Assembly: GCA_028712895.1 (NCBI GenBank)
Contig: JAQTPL010000006.1
Location: 239 to 64,238, forward strand
Direction: 5' to 3'
Origin: a bacterium
GTDB taxonomy: Bacteria > CAYTYR01 > UBA6262
DNA length: 64,000 nt
Shown: piece by piece, positions 28,294-38,298 of the stretch
How the letters are laid out: each line of letters starts with the position of its first letter
Position numbering within the stretch: the first letter of the stretch is position 1
Program-made: the position numbers and the translations under genes
The notes under the pieces: generated by a model
What the model saw: the letters and a program-made list of their open reading frames with translations, nothing else
Databases searched by the model: none
Told to the model about the DNA's origin: nothing

Positions 28294-28691
28294 GCTCTAT
28301 CCTTTTTTAGGGTGAATGGTTCAGTCAGCAAGGTATTCATATTTAAGGCTTTCATTCCCCCTTTTTTATTTACCAGGATCACTTCCATCCTGGGATTGAA
28401 CTCAGCCATTACCTGGCGGCAAGCCCCGCAAGGGGATGTTAAATCCTCTGTATTAGTAAAGATTACCATAATCTTGAATTTAATTTCCCCGCTGCTGACG
28501 GCTTTTACTACGGCCACCTGTTCAGCGCAAAGACTTAATCCGTAAGAGGCATTTTCCACATTACCGCCGGAAAATATCTTACCAGTGGAGGTCAGCAACG
28601 CAGCCCCGACTTTAAACTTGGAATAGGGAGCATAAGCCTTATCTGCTGCTGCTTTAGCCGCTTGGACCAGTTCCTGTATCTCTTTTTCCAT
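28290..28691 (-). CDS. cdd: Cytidine deaminase
   Basis: Zinc ligands 'CAEQ' and 'PCGACRQ' in a 133-aa homotetrameric-type Cdd. Confidence 0.9.
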   Translation of the reverse strand: MEKEIQELVQAAKAAADKAYAPYSKFKVGAALLTSTGKIFSGGNVENASYGLSLCAEQVAVVKAVSSGEIKFKIMVIFTNTEDLTSPCGACRQVMAEFNPRMEVILVNKKGGMKALNMNTLLTEPFTLKKDRA

Positions 28692-29605
28692 TAAAGGATC
28701 TCCTCGAAATGAGATAATCGTTTAAATTCTATGAAGCGCTTTTCAATTTCTTCATAGTGCAGTCTCTTAAAACGGTTTAAACTGAAATCTTCCACGTCGA
28801 AAGAGGCAATAACGCTGCCAATGATCGTGGCCTGCCGGAAACACTGCTCTGAAAGTTCTCCTTTTTTAGCGAGATAGCCCATAAAGCCACCGGCGAAGCT
28901 GTCGCCGGCACCAGTAGGATCATTTACTTCTTCCAGCGGAAATCCAGGCGCGCTGAAAACAGCTCCCTGGCTGAACATCAGCGCCCCATATTCTCCCTGT
29001 TTTACCACTACATGCTTAGCGCCCCAGGAGAATATCTTCTTAGAAGCTTTAACCAGATTCAACTCCTTGGTCAATTGGCGTATCTCTGCTTCATTAATAA
29101 ATAGCAGGTCTACTTTGGCAATAACTTGTTTTAAAGCGTCCAGTTTTTTATCAATCCAATAATTCATGGTATCGCAGGCGATAAATTTAGGATGTTTTAC
29201 CTGCTTGAGCACTTCTAACTGTAATTCCGGGTCAATGTTGGCCAACAGGACAAAAGGAGCATCCTGGTATTCTGGCGGCAAGATTGGTTTGAATTGAGCA
29301 AATACATTCAGCTGGGTATCCAGGGTCTGTGCCGTATTTAGATCATAGTTGTATTTGCCTTTCCAGCGAAATGTTTTCCCGGGATTAATAGTTAAACCTC
29401 TAGTATTGATATTCCGGCTTTGCAAGTATTCTATTTCTTTTTCTGGAAAATCAGATCCGACCACTGCTACCAGGTTTACCGGACTGAAAAAACTGGCAGC
29501 TACGCTAAAATACGTGGCTGATCCACCTAGTACATCCTGCACCTGGCCAAAGGGAGTCTCTACGGTATCCAGGCCGATCGAACCCACAACAAGTATCTTA
29601 TTCAA
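28691..29605 (-). CDS. PfkB-family carbohydrate/nucleoside kinase. TTG start with an AGGAGG Shine-Dalgarno sequence.
   Basis: Ribokinase-like fold with the anion-hole motif 'DPTGAGDSFAGGF'. Its position in the nucleoside salvage cluster suggests a nucleoside kinase. Confidence 0.7.
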   Translation of the reverse strand: MNKILVVGSIGLDTVETPFGQVQDVLGGSATYFSVAASFFSPVNLVAVVGSDFPEKEIEYLQSRNINTRGLTINPGKTFRWKGKYNYDLNTAQTLDTQLNVFAQFKPILPPEYQDAPFVLLANIDPELQLEVLKQVKHPKFIACDTMNYWIDKKLDALKQVIAKVDLLFINEAEIRQLTKELNLVKASKKIFSWGAKHVVVKQGEYGALMFSQGAVFSAPGFPLEEVNDPTGAGDSFAGGFMGYLAKKGELSEQCFRQATIIGSVIASFDVEDFSLNRFKRLHYEEIEKRFIEFKRLSHFEEIL

Positions 29606-29616
29606 CTAAACCTCCT

Positions 29617-29700
29617 AGAATCGTGTCACTAAAGAGTATCAATAAAACAGGGTCAAAAAAGAGGGTCAGCAAATAATTAAAATTCTTTGACACATTGACA
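29617..29700. promoter_or_regulatory. Repeat-rich upstream element (GTCA(A)/TTGAC half-sites around an AT-rich core), copy 1, immediately 5' of the PfkB kinase gene
   Basis: The motifs 'gtcactaaagag', 'agagggtca' and 'ctttgacac' are shared with the element at 38185-38290. Confidence 0.45.
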
Positions 29701-29710
29701 CTCTGACACT

Positions 29711-30574
29711 CTATTTTATATATTTCCCTATAATAAATTTTAAATCTTTTTTAGTCTTAGCTGAGATTTTCTCCCTGGTAGTAATGATCGCATCAGACAA
29801 AGCCCGGTCACAATGGCAATCTGACTTCATCGGGAGTTCATTCATTAATTCTTTAATAATAGCCTTGGCTTTAGAAACATTACCCAGTAGGACCTTGATC
29901 ACTCCGTCACCGCTTACAGCGGCTTCAGAAGTATGCCAGACATCATAATCAGTGATCAAAGCCAGGGTGCTATAACAAATTTCTGCTTCTCTAGCAAGTT
30001 TTGCTTCAGTAACATTGGTCATGCCAATAACGTCTACACCCCATCTCCGGTATATTTCACTTTCACTCTTGGTGGAAAATTGCGGCCCTTCGATACAGAT
30101 ATAGTTCCCCCCACGATGGATGCGGAACCCTAATTTTTGTCCAATGGCATACACCTCGCCGCTCAATACCGGGCAGACCGGATTAGCCATACCTACGTGG
30201 GCCACTAATCCCTTGCCAAAAAAAGTAGCTTTTCTTTGGTTGGTGCGGTCAAAAAACTGGTCTACCACCATCAAGTCCCCGGGCACCAGGTCTTCCCGCA
30301 TACTGCCCACAGCACTTACTGATAATATTTTTTCTACTCCTAATTTCTTAAAACCAAAAATATTAGCCCGGTAGTTTATTTCTGAAGGAGTTATCCTGTG
30401 CCCACGGGCATGGCGGGGCAGGAAAGCTATTCTCTTGCCATTAAGGTCCCCGATCATATATTGATCACTCGGCTGGCCAAAAGGCGTAAGGATGGCCTTG
30501 GCTTTTAAATTCTTGATCCCTTCAATATCATATAATCCGCTACCGCCAATAATACCTAATTCAATTTTTTCCAT
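29711..30574 (-). CDS. mtnP: S-methyl-5'-thioadenosine phosphorylase
   Basis: PNP/MTAP family 2 protein; 'GIIGGSGLYD' and 'GMTNVTEAKLAREAEICYSTLALITDYD' match MTAP. Confidence 0.85.
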   Translation of the reverse strand: MEKIELGIIGGSGLYDIEGIKNLKAKAILTPFGQPSDQYMIGDLNGKRIAFLPRHARGHRITPSEINYRANIFGFKKLGVEKILSVSAVGSMREDLVPGDLMVVDQFFDRTNQRKATFFGKGLVAHVGMANPVCPVLSGEVYAIGQKLGFRIHRGGNYICIEGPQFSTKSESEIYRRWGVDVIGMTNVTEAKLAREAEICYSTLALITDYDVWHTSEAAVSGDGVIKVLLGNVSKAKAIIKELMNELPMKSDCHCDRALSDAIITTREKISAKTKKDLKFIIGKYIK

Positions 30575-30629
30575 TACTACTCCTCCCGGTTAAGTACGAT
30601 TATCCCCCAAATTGAAACCCATATTATAG

Positions 30630-33014
30630 CTAAATCCTTCTGGAAAACTTGCTGAACAGTAGTACTAAAAAGACGATCATGGAACAAGCGGTCAGCAGCA
30701 TTCCCAGACGCAGGGAACGCGGCCGATAATGGAGCCAGATTTCGTGTTTGCCGGCAGGGACAGCAATTCTATTAAACATCCCTTCTTCACGCTCCAGTAA
30801 AACCGGCACCCCATCGATAGAAGCTTGCCAGCCAGGATAAGACATTTCCTTTAATACCAGTTGGTCCGCCCGGGGCAAGTCAGTATAAATCTTAATCTCA
30901 CCATTATGATAAAAAGCAATGATCGGCTGGTACTGCTTCTGCTGGAGATATCCAGCGCGCTGCTTAAAGTAAAGATTCTCGTACATATACGTCTGCGCAT
31001 CCTGAAAAACAACTTTTAAGCCGGCCGTTGTTATCTTCTGGGAAGCAATGATATATTTTACATTTTTCTCGCCTAATAACGGCAAAGCCAGGCGAATATC
31101 CAGTTGTTCAATATCTTTCATTTGTCGGCGTGCGGTTTTCAATTCCATCGGGCTATAACCGCTGACTTCGTCGATCTTCCACAACAGGTTCATATTCGGA
31201 GCAAGGCCCTGATCGGGACTTTGATAATTATAGACCCGGAAATAATCCGGATCCCTTTTTAATATACTAAGTAGACGGAACGACGGGGCTAACTCATTCT
31301 TTTCGGCAGTCACATTATATCCCAGACCAAAATAATACAGGTCGCACATAATAATCCCCAGTAAAACCAACTGAAAAGACTTGGCTTTAATCTCTCCTCC
31401 CAGGAAACCCTTAATGGTCCAATAAACCAGGAAGAGAATGATCAACTGCGCGTAGACATGGAGGCTGACCAAATTAAGGGAATACTGTAATCCTCCAATC
31501 AGCTGGTCCGCCCATGCGGCTAATTTATAAAAAGGGATATGTATGAAGATGCCTGCTATTTTAGCCAACCGTTCCTTGCCGATCAAGATCAGGCTATAAC
31601 CCAGCCCAAAAGCCAGTAACATAAAAGAACCGATCAGGATATAGACCCGTTTTAGCGCTAAACTAAAGTGTTCTTTTTTTAATAGTATTATTTTTAATCC
31701 AAACCCGGCCAGCACAGCCAAGCTAAAACTGACCACCAGTAGATATCCGGATATTCCTGAGGGGTGGCTGCTAAGAGACAGGGCCATAGCCGCGACAAAC
31801 AGAAAAACAAAAAAATTCAAATGTTTGGTTAGCCGGGACATCATGGACACCAGGGCCAGCACTAACGGGGCGATGCCGATATAACAGGCCAGATCCCAAT
31901 AGGTGGCCAAACCGTAGTAATAAGGACTGGCTGAGGGACTTTGCCAGCCAAAAAAATTAGGGAAAATATAGGTAATTAAATTACGTATGGGGAAAGAAAC
32001 CGCTCCATAATTAGTCGAGCGCGCCCCATTCATAACCAGCTCACGATATGGCAATAACTGTATCCCAGCCAGGGATAAACCAAGTATGATCAAAGCAGTA
32101 AAATATACAGCTTCTCTAAAAGGAAACTTCTCCCGGGACCAAAACCAGGCAAAATAGGCGGCATATACCACTATGGAACACAGAACTACTTGCGGATTCC
32201 CGGCCAATACTTGCAATGCTACCACCAGACTTAACCATATTAAAAAAGAACGCCGGCGGTCCTGTATATACCTCTCCAGGCAGTAAAAACCCAGCGGGAG
32301 CCAAGTCGCGGCAAAGATCAAACTGACATTCATTAAATTCGTAACTAAAAATCCGCCATAAGCAAACACCAGGCTGGTTATTAAAGCCGCGATCTCTTCC
32401 AAGCCCATGTACCGGGTATATATATAGGTAAAAAAACCAGCCAGCAAAAAATGGAAAATGAGCAGTAATGAGAGAGCGTACTCCGGAGCTAAAAAAGCCT
32501 GTGCCAGGAAATTCAAAGGGTAAAATACACCAAGGTGCCCCACAGCAAACAGAGGGAACCCACAAAAAAGCTGGGAGACCCATAAGGGTAAATGCCAATG
32601 CTGCCAAGCCTCGGCCATGATCTTGTGGCCGGGTAAATAAAAACGGGCAATCTCGCCAAACATAAATATTCTATTCTTAAACAGCCCTTCAAAAAATACC
32701 AGGGACCAGAAGAAACACATCCCTATTAACGGCAGGAACGCCGGGGATAAAAATATCTGCTTAACAGAAGTACCGCGGATATATCCCGCTATTTTCTTTT
32801 TAAACCGTTCAAAATGCTGATAAGCGCGCGGATATCGTTCTTTTAATCTGTTAAACATTTGCCCAGCCCAGGGATTTTCTTTAGCCAACAAAAATAAACC
32901 GACCAGCAAAAATAGGAGGCCTTGTAAAACAGGCAGAAAAAGGCCTAAAATCCCGAATAAGATGAATAACCAGCCAGCCATATTAAACAAGATCTTGCGA
33001 TATCGTATTTTCAT
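30630..33014 (-). CDS. Fusion membrane protein: DUF454/YbaN-like N-terminal module plus YfhO-family polytopic membrane protein
   Basis: Residues 10-45 ('MAGWLFILFGILGLFLPVLQGLLFLLVGLFLL') have the YbaN signature. The rest is a 700-aa multi-TM protein with a large C-terminal extracytoplasmic domain, YfhO-like. Confidence 0.55.
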   Translation of the reverse strand: MKIRYRKILFNMAGWLFILFGILGLFLPVLQGLLFLLVGLFLLAKENPWAGQMFNRLKERYPRAYQHFERFKKKIAGYIRGTSVKQIFLSPAFLPLIGMCFFWSLVFFEGLFKNRIFMFGEIARFYLPGHKIMAEAWQHWHLPLWVSQLFCGFPLFAVGHLGVFYPLNFLAQAFLAPEYALSLLLIFHFLLAGFFTYIYTRYMGLEEIAALITSLVFAYGGFLVTNLMNVSLIFAATWLPLGFYCLERYIQDRRRSFLIWLSLVVALQVLAGNPQVVLCSIVVYAAYFAWFWSREKFPFREAVYFTALIILGLSLAGIQLLPYRELVMNGARSTNYGAVSFPIRNLITYIFPNFFGWQSPSASPYYYGLATYWDLACYIGIAPLVLALVSMMSRLTKHLNFFVFLFVAAMALSLSSHPSGISGYLLVVSFSLAVLAGFGLKIILLKKEHFSLALKRVYILIGSFMLLAFGLGYSLILIGKERLAKIAGIFIHIPFYKLAAWADQLIGGLQYSLNLVSLHVYAQLIILFLVYWTIKGFLGGEIKAKSFQLVLLGIIMCDLYYFGLGYNVTAEKNELAPSFRLLSILKRDPDYFRVYNYQSPDQGLAPNMNLLWKIDEVSGYSPMELKTARRQMKDIEQLDIRLALPLLGEKNVKYIIASQKITTAGLKVVFQDAQTYMYENLYFKQRAGYLQQKQYQPIIAFYHNGEIKIYTDLPRADQLVLKEMSYPGWQASIDGVPVLLEREEGMFNRIAVPAGKHEIWLHYRPRSLRLGMLLTACSMIVFLVLLFSKFSRRI

Positions 33015-33030
33015 TGTCGTCCTTTATATA

Positions 33031-34401
33031 TCAATCAAATTTAAAATCGCGCTTGGTAAATACCGTAATACAGGCATCGACTACAGCCGGATCATATAGG
33101 GTACCGGCATGTTGCTTTAATTCATCCAGCGCCTTTTGTATCCCCAATGAAGGGCGGTAAGGACGATGCGAACACATGGCTTCAGTAACATCGGCAACCG
33201 CCATGATCCTGGCCTCTTTAATAATACTTTCACCGTTTAATCCTTTGGGATAACCAGTGCCATTCAAGCGTTCATGATGCTGGAGGATCACTTGGGCTAC
33301 CGGCCAGGGAAATTCCAGCTCTTTTAAGATCTCATAACCGACTTCGGGATGGGTTTTGACAATACTATATTCAAATTCATTTAATCGGCTGGGTTTAGAC
33401 AGGATTTCGGCCGGGACTACGATCTTGCCAATATCATGCAAAAATGCGGTGACCTTGATGCCGGCTACCGTGTCTTTGGACAAGCCCATTTCTTCGGCTA
33501 TCGCACAAGCCAGCTTAGCTACTCTTTTTTCGTGCCCGGCAGTATAAGGATCCCTTTTTTCCAGGGCTGTTGCCAGAGCATTAGCCGTACCTTCCAAGGT
33601 GCGCTGGAGCTTGCGATAACTTTCCAGCAGGCTCTCTTCAATAACTTTTTGCTGCGTTATGTCCCGGATAATACCAACGATAAATTTTTCCCCTTGCTTG
33701 TCTATGTATAATGTTTTTTTAGTCAGGATAATATGGAGAATACCAGTGGCATCAGTAAATTGCTCTTCATTGCTGTCTTCTCTCACATCATTAAAGACCA
33801 CTTCATCTCTGGCCCAGAACACTTCTGCCTGTTCTTTCGGGAAAAAATCAAAATCAGACTTACCGATCAGGTCTTCTCTTTTATATCCCATAAACTCACA
33901 ATAAGCATCATTGAGTAACACCCACTTATGATTACGGTCCTTGACAAAAATAGGATCAGCAACTGCATTCATGACTTTGCTCAGGTATTCCTGACTTTCT
34001 TTCAGTGATTGCTCAATGGAGATCTCTGCTGTCGTATCCCGTACCATGATGATCACCTGGTGGTCCACAAAGGGCATTAGCCTGGCATCAAAATGGTGTT
34101 TTTCCCCGGCAATAGATAGCCAGTACTGAATAGGAACTTTTTTCTGCGTTTTGTTTATTTGCTGCAGAGCTTCATCAAATATCTGGCCAGCATCAGGAGG
34201 CAGTACCTCTTGCATTTTTTTGCCTAAAAACTCTGTCGGCGGGATATACAATAAATCTTCATTACCGGCTCTATAATCAAGGATTACTCCTGCCGCATCA
34301 ACTTTAAAAAAGACATCTTCAAAGCCCTGGAATATGGCTTTTATTTCAGCTTGCAAGCGCAACAAAGATTCTGCCAATTTATTCTTTTCCATGTCTTCCA
34401 T
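33031..34401 (-). CDS. PAS-PAS-HD-GYP c-di-GMP phosphodiesterase
   Basis: The C-terminal domain carries 'HDIGK' and 'HHERLNGTGYP'; two PAS-like domains lie N-terminal to it. Confidence 0.8.
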   Translation of the reverse strand: MEDMEKNKLAESLLRLQAEIKAIFQGFEDVFFKVDAAGVILDYRAGNEDLLYIPPTEFLGKKMQEVLPPDAGQIFDEALQQINKTQKKVPIQYWLSIAGEKHHFDARLMPFVDHQVIIMVRDTTAEISIEQSLKESQEYLSKVMNAVADPIFVKDRNHKWVLLNDAYCEFMGYKREDLIGKSDFDFFPKEQAEVFWARDEVVFNDVREDSNEEQFTDATGILHIILTKKTLYIDKQGEKFIVGIIRDITQQKVIEESLLESYRKLQRTLEGTANALATALEKRDPYTAGHEKRVAKLACAIAEEMGLSKDTVAGIKVTAFLHDIGKIVVPAEILSKPSRLNEFEYSIVKTHPEVGYEILKELEFPWPVAQVILQHHERLNGTGYPKGLNGESIIKEARIMAVADVTEAMCSHRPYRPSLGIQKALDELKQHAGTLYDPAVVDACITVFTKRDFKFD

Positions 34402-34473
34402 ACAATGTATCCTGTCTGTTTCAGATTATCGCGTAGCCATTTTAGCGTTCCCCGCCTACTCCATTGGCAATGG

Positions 34474-35751
34474 TTAATTATATATTAAAGGATGTCTTGC
34501 TGGTTTAGTTTTCCTGATAACAATCGCAGCTAATAGCCTTTTTTTAAGTTCCGGGACAATGCCAGCCTTATTGTAATACATTGTAGCTACCAGGTCCCCG
34601 GCCTGTATTGGATCACCTATTTTCTTGTGCAGAAGAATCCCGGCGCTGTAATCAATCAGGTCTTCCTTCTTTTGCCGCCCGGCTCCGAGCATGGTGGCGA
34701 CCAGTCCAATCTCCCTGGTACTCATACTATATATATAGCCGCTGACTGGAGCTTTGATCACTAATTTATGCTTCGCTACTGGTAACTGGTTAATTTTTCC
34801 TCCCTGGGTCTTGACCAGGCAATAAAATTTATCCAAAGCTTGCCCCGTAGGAATTAATCCCCGCAGTATTTGTTCAGCCTCTTTAACATTGCCGGCTTTT
34901 TTCCCTAAAACCAGCATCTCGGCTCCCAGCGCCAGGGTTAAGGTCATAAAATCTGCCGGGCCCTCACCTTTTAGCACCTCTATAGCCTGGCTTATTTCCA
35001 AGCTATTGCCGACAGCATTACCCAAGGGCTGATTCATATCGGTAACCAGCGCTTTTATTTTCAAACCGTTCTTTTTCCCTACAGTTATTAAGACCTGCGT
35101 TAATTGTTTTGCAGCTGCATAATTTGGCATAAAAGCGCCATTACCGAATTTTACATCAAGGACCAGCCCATCTATTCCGGCCGCTATTTTTTTACTAAGG
35201 ATACTGGCGCAAATCAGGGAAATATTCTCTACTGTCCCGGTAGCATCACGCAAAGCGTATATCTTTTTATCAGCAGGCGCTAATTCTGCGGTCTGCCCAA
35301 TCATCGCTACACCTATCTTTCGTACCTGTCGCAGGGCCTGGCGGCTGGTTAATGCTGTCCTGAATCCTGGAATGCTGGCTAGTTTATCGAGGGTTCCGCC
35401 GGTATGGCCCAGACCCCGGCCGCTCATCATGAGCACCGGCAATCCAGCAGCGGCCACCAACGGAGCCAGCGCCAGTGATATCCCATCTCCTACCCCGCCG
35501 GTGGAATGTTTATCAATAACCATTCCCTTCAAACCAGTCAAATGCAAGGTCTTCCCGGAATGAGCCATCGCCTCGGTCAACGCTATAGTTTCGGACAAAC
35601 TCATCCCCTGAAAATATACTGCCATTAAGAAAGAAGCCATCTGGTAATCAAGAATATCGCCGCAGGAATAGCCGTCTATAAGCTCCTTTATTTCCCCGGC
35701 AGATAATCTTTGGCCGTTTCTTTTCCTGATGATAGTCTCGAGAACACTCAT
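34474..35751 (-). CDS. deoA: Pyrimidine-nucleoside (thymidine) phosphorylase
   Basis: 'DKHSTGGVGD' and glycosyltransferase family 3 architecture over 425 aa. Confidence 0.9.
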   Translation of the reverse strand: MSVLETIIRKRNGQRLSAGEIKELIDGYSCGDILDYQMASFLMAVYFQGMSLSETIALTEAMAHSGKTLHLTGLKGMVIDKHSTGGVGDGISLALAPLVAAAGLPVLMMSGRGLGHTGGTLDKLASIPGFRTALTSRQALRQVRKIGVAMIGQTAELAPADKKIYALRDATGTVENISLICASILSKKIAAGIDGLVLDVKFGNGAFMPNYAAAKQLTQVLITVGKKNGLKIKALVTDMNQPLGNAVGNSLEISQAIEVLKGEGPADFMTLTLALGAEMLVLGKKAGNVKEAEQILRGLIPTGQALDKFYCLVKTQGGKINQLPVAKHKLVIKAPVSGYIYSMSTREIGLVATMLGAGRQKKEDLIDYSAGILLHKKIGDPIQAGDLVATMYYNKAGIVPELKKRLLAAIVIRKTKPARHPLIYN

Positions 35752-36561
35752 TTATATTTTCCTAAGCAGCGCTTTGATCAATTTATTTAAATTAAAACTG
35801 ACCTTCTGGGCGATCTCGAGCGTCGTGCGGTGGCTGTGTTTTATTTTACCTATGCCGGCTGCCCGGTTAGTAACACAAGCCAGGCCCAGTATTTCCAATC
35901 CCAATGAGCGGGCAATGATCGCTTCAGGCACCGTGGACATCCCGATAATATCAGCGCCAATTTTTTTGAACATTTTTATTTCAGCCGGGGTTTCATAAGT
36001 TGGCCCGGTTACCGCGGCATAGATGCCTTCCTGCAATTGCACCTGCAGTTTGGCGGCTTCGGTTTTAGCCAATCTCCTCAATTCCGGGGAATATACACCG
36101 GTCAAATTCAGGAAATTGATCGACTCCCCTTTTTCAGCCCGCAGCGGATTGATACCCATAAAATTAATATGATCCTTGATCAATATGAGATCACCTGGTT
36201 GATAGCCATTATTAATAGCGCCACTGGCGTTAGTCAGGATAAGTTTAGTGATCCCTATTGCTTTCATTACTTGGATCGGGAAAGTTATCTCTTCTATGCT
36301 GTATCCTTCATAGTAATGCAACCGGCCGCGCATAATCACTACGTCTTTGCCGGCCAGTGTCCCCAATACCAGGACTCCTTCATGTCCTTCCACGGTAGAA
36401 GAAACAAAATAAGGGATCTCCATAAAAGGGATTACTACTTTATTCTCTACTTCTTCCGCCAAAACTCCTAATCCCGAGCCCAGGACGATGCCGATCTCCG
36501 GCTGGATCATTTTTTTCATCTGGATCAATTTTAAAGCCTGTTCGATCTTGGTCCGCATCAT
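35752..36561 (-). CDS. punA: Purine nucleoside phosphorylase (PNP family 2, PunA-like)
   Basis: 'GIVLGSGLG' and 'IGMSTVPEAIIA' motifs; 269 aa. Confidence 0.85.
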   Translation of the reverse strand: MMRTKIEQALKLIQMKKMIQPEIGIVLGSGLGVLAEEVENKVVIPFMEIPYFVSSTVEGHEGVLVLGTLAGKDVVIMRGRLHYYEGYSIEEITFPIQVMKAIGITKLILTNASGAINNGYQPGDLILIKDHINFMGINPLRAEKGESINFLNLTGVYSPELRRLAKTEAAKLQVQLQEGIYAAVTGPTYETPAEIKMFKKIGADIIGMSTVPEAIIARSLGLEILGLACVTNRAAGIGKIKHSHRTTLEIAQKVSFNLNKLIKALLRKI

Positions 36562-37172
36562 GTCAGTTTCACCACTATGTCTCCTATAATATTGCCGGCT
36601 TCATCAGCACGGTCAGCGGCATTGGAAAGATGCCGGTAAATCTCCCTTAATTTAAGGATATATATTGTATCTTTTTCTTTGAATAATTCTACTAAGGCTT
36701 CCTGGTAGGTATGCTCCATTTCGTTTTCCAGTTTTTTAGCTTTTTGCGCATGTTCCAGGGCTAATGAAGGCCGGGCCTGTAGATGGAAAATAGCCCGCGA
36801 TATTTCCTCGGCTTGCCGCCGCAGGATATAAACCATTTTCAGCAGTGACGGATTGGCTTGCACTTTAAATAACGCCATCTCGCCCACCGTACTTTTCGCA
36901 TAGTCCACAACATCGTCAACAGTGCGCGAAAGGGCAAAAATATCTTCCCGGTCAAAGGGCGTGATGAATGACCTATTCAATTCCGTGATCAGGATATGCC
37001 GCAAATCATCAGCGTCTTGCTCCATACGCTTAACTTTATCACTGGCTTCCTGGCTGGAATTTGACATAAACTCTTCCAGGGCAATAATACCCTCCAGGCT
37101 TTTATCTGCCTGGTCCAGGAGCAATTTATTAAAATTCTTTTCCTGCGGAAAAAAGAATTCTTTTAAACCCAT
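36558..37172 (-). CDS. DUF47 (PhoU-like) protein partnered with the Pit transporter. Start 'MGLKEFFFP'; the track ORF extends to 37292.
   Basis: An all-helical 205-aa protein in the classical DUF47-PiT gene pair. Confidence 0.65.
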   Translation of the reverse strand: MGLKEFFFPQEKNFNKLLLDQADKSLEGIIALEEFMSNSSQEASDKVKRMEQDADDLRHILITELNRSFITPFDREDIFALSRTVDDVVDYAKSTVGEMALFKVQANPSLLKMVYILRRQAEEISRAIFHLQARPSLALEHAQKAKKLENEMEHTYQEALVELFKEKDTIYILKLREIYRHLSNAADRADEAGNIIGDIVVKLT

Positions 37173-38176
37173 AACCCTCCCTTTACTACTATTGAATATA
37201 AACTTAAGGCTTTCCAGAAAAGCATAGCCAGCAACCCGGTCACGGGAATAGTCACCAACCAGGCAATAAGAATATGCCGCGCTACCCGCCAACTGACCTT
37301 ATTAAATCTCTTAGCCACACCGGCACCTACTAAACCGGAACTTATAACCTGGCTAGTGGAAAAAGTTCCTCCCCATAAAGCTGAAGCCAGGATCACGATG
37401 CTGGTCGTAACCTGGGTAGTTACTGAATCAAGCGGCCTTATCTTTAACAGCCTACGGTTAAACGTTTTAGCAATGCGCCAGCCGCCAGCTAGAATACCGA
37501 GGACGATCAAGGAAACCGAAACTGCTACCACCCACAAAGGGATAGACAGGTCGCTTTGATATCCAAAAGCAGCCAGGATCATCACCAGGACAGCCATTGT
37601 TTTTTGCGGCTCAGTAGCCCCATGCAAGATGCTGGTAACCGCTACAGTCAAGAGCTGCAATTTACTTAATGCTCGGTTTACCTGGGGCGTAGCCCAACGT
37701 AAACAGAATAATTCAAGATGCATTAAGGTATAACTTAACAAAGCGCTGACCACTGGCGTGGCCAGTAAAATAATAATGATCTTGCCAAAAGCATCATAGG
37801 AAATACCCTGCCAACCATAAGCGACAATGATCGCCCCGGCTAATCCGCCAACCAGGGCATGCGCGGAAGAGGTAGGAATGCCTATGGAGATGGTTATTAT
37901 TTTCCAGATAACCGCAGCGCCCAGCGCGGCCAGTATTATAGCCGGGGTAACGGCGAATAAGCTCAAGCTGGTAATGCTGTGGACTATCCGCATGCCGACA
38001 TAATAAATAATAAAAATCCCGCATAATTCAAAAAAACAGACTAACATAACAATACGCACGGGAGCTAGGAAATGAGTGGAAACAAAAGTGCCAATTATGC
38101 TGCCGCCGTCATTATAGCCATTTAAGATATCATAAATGACAGTTAGAATGATCGCAATCCAAAACAACCAAGCCAT
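37163..38176 (-). CDS. pit: Inorganic phosphate transporter, PiT family
   Basis: A multi-TM protein with a 'GYNDGGS' region similar to the PHO4 GANDVAN signature; paired with DUF47. Confidence 0.65.
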   Translation of the reverse strand: MAWLFWIAIILTVIYDILNGYNDGGSIIGTFVSTHFLAPVRIVMLVCFFELCGIFIIYYVGMRIVHSITSLSLFAVTPAIILAALGAAVIWKIITISIGIPTSSAHALVGGLAGAIIVAYGWQGISYDAFGKIIIILLATPVVSALLSYTLMHLELFCLRWATPQVNRALSKLQLLTVAVTSILHGATEPQKTMAVLVMILAAFGYQSDLSIPLWVVAVSVSLIVLGILAGGWRIAKTFNRRLLKIRPLDSVTTQVTTSIVILASALWGGTFSTSQVISSGLVGAGVAKRFNKVSWRVARHILIAWLVTIPVTGLLAMLFWKALSLYSIVVKGGLWV

Positions 38177-38184
38177 TTAAACTC

Positions 38185-38290
38185 CAGATACTGGGTCACT
38201 AAGAAGTGTCAAGAAAGAGTATCACTAAAGAGGGTCAAGAAATTATAGCAATAACTTTGACACTGTTTTCACTGTGACCCTGTTCATTGA
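38185..38290. promoter_or_regulatory. Repeat-rich upstream element (GTCA(A)/TTGAC half-sites), copy 2, immediately 5' of pit
   Basis: Homologous to 29617-29700: 'gggtcactaagaag', 'tatcactaaagagggtcaag', 'ctttgacac'. Confidence 0.45.
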
Positions 38291-38298
38291 TACTTTTT

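Noticed and set aside
32116-32607. A 163-aa minus-strand ORF inside the YbaN-YfhO gene in another frame
   Set aside because: An alternative-frame artefact of the long membrane-protein gene.
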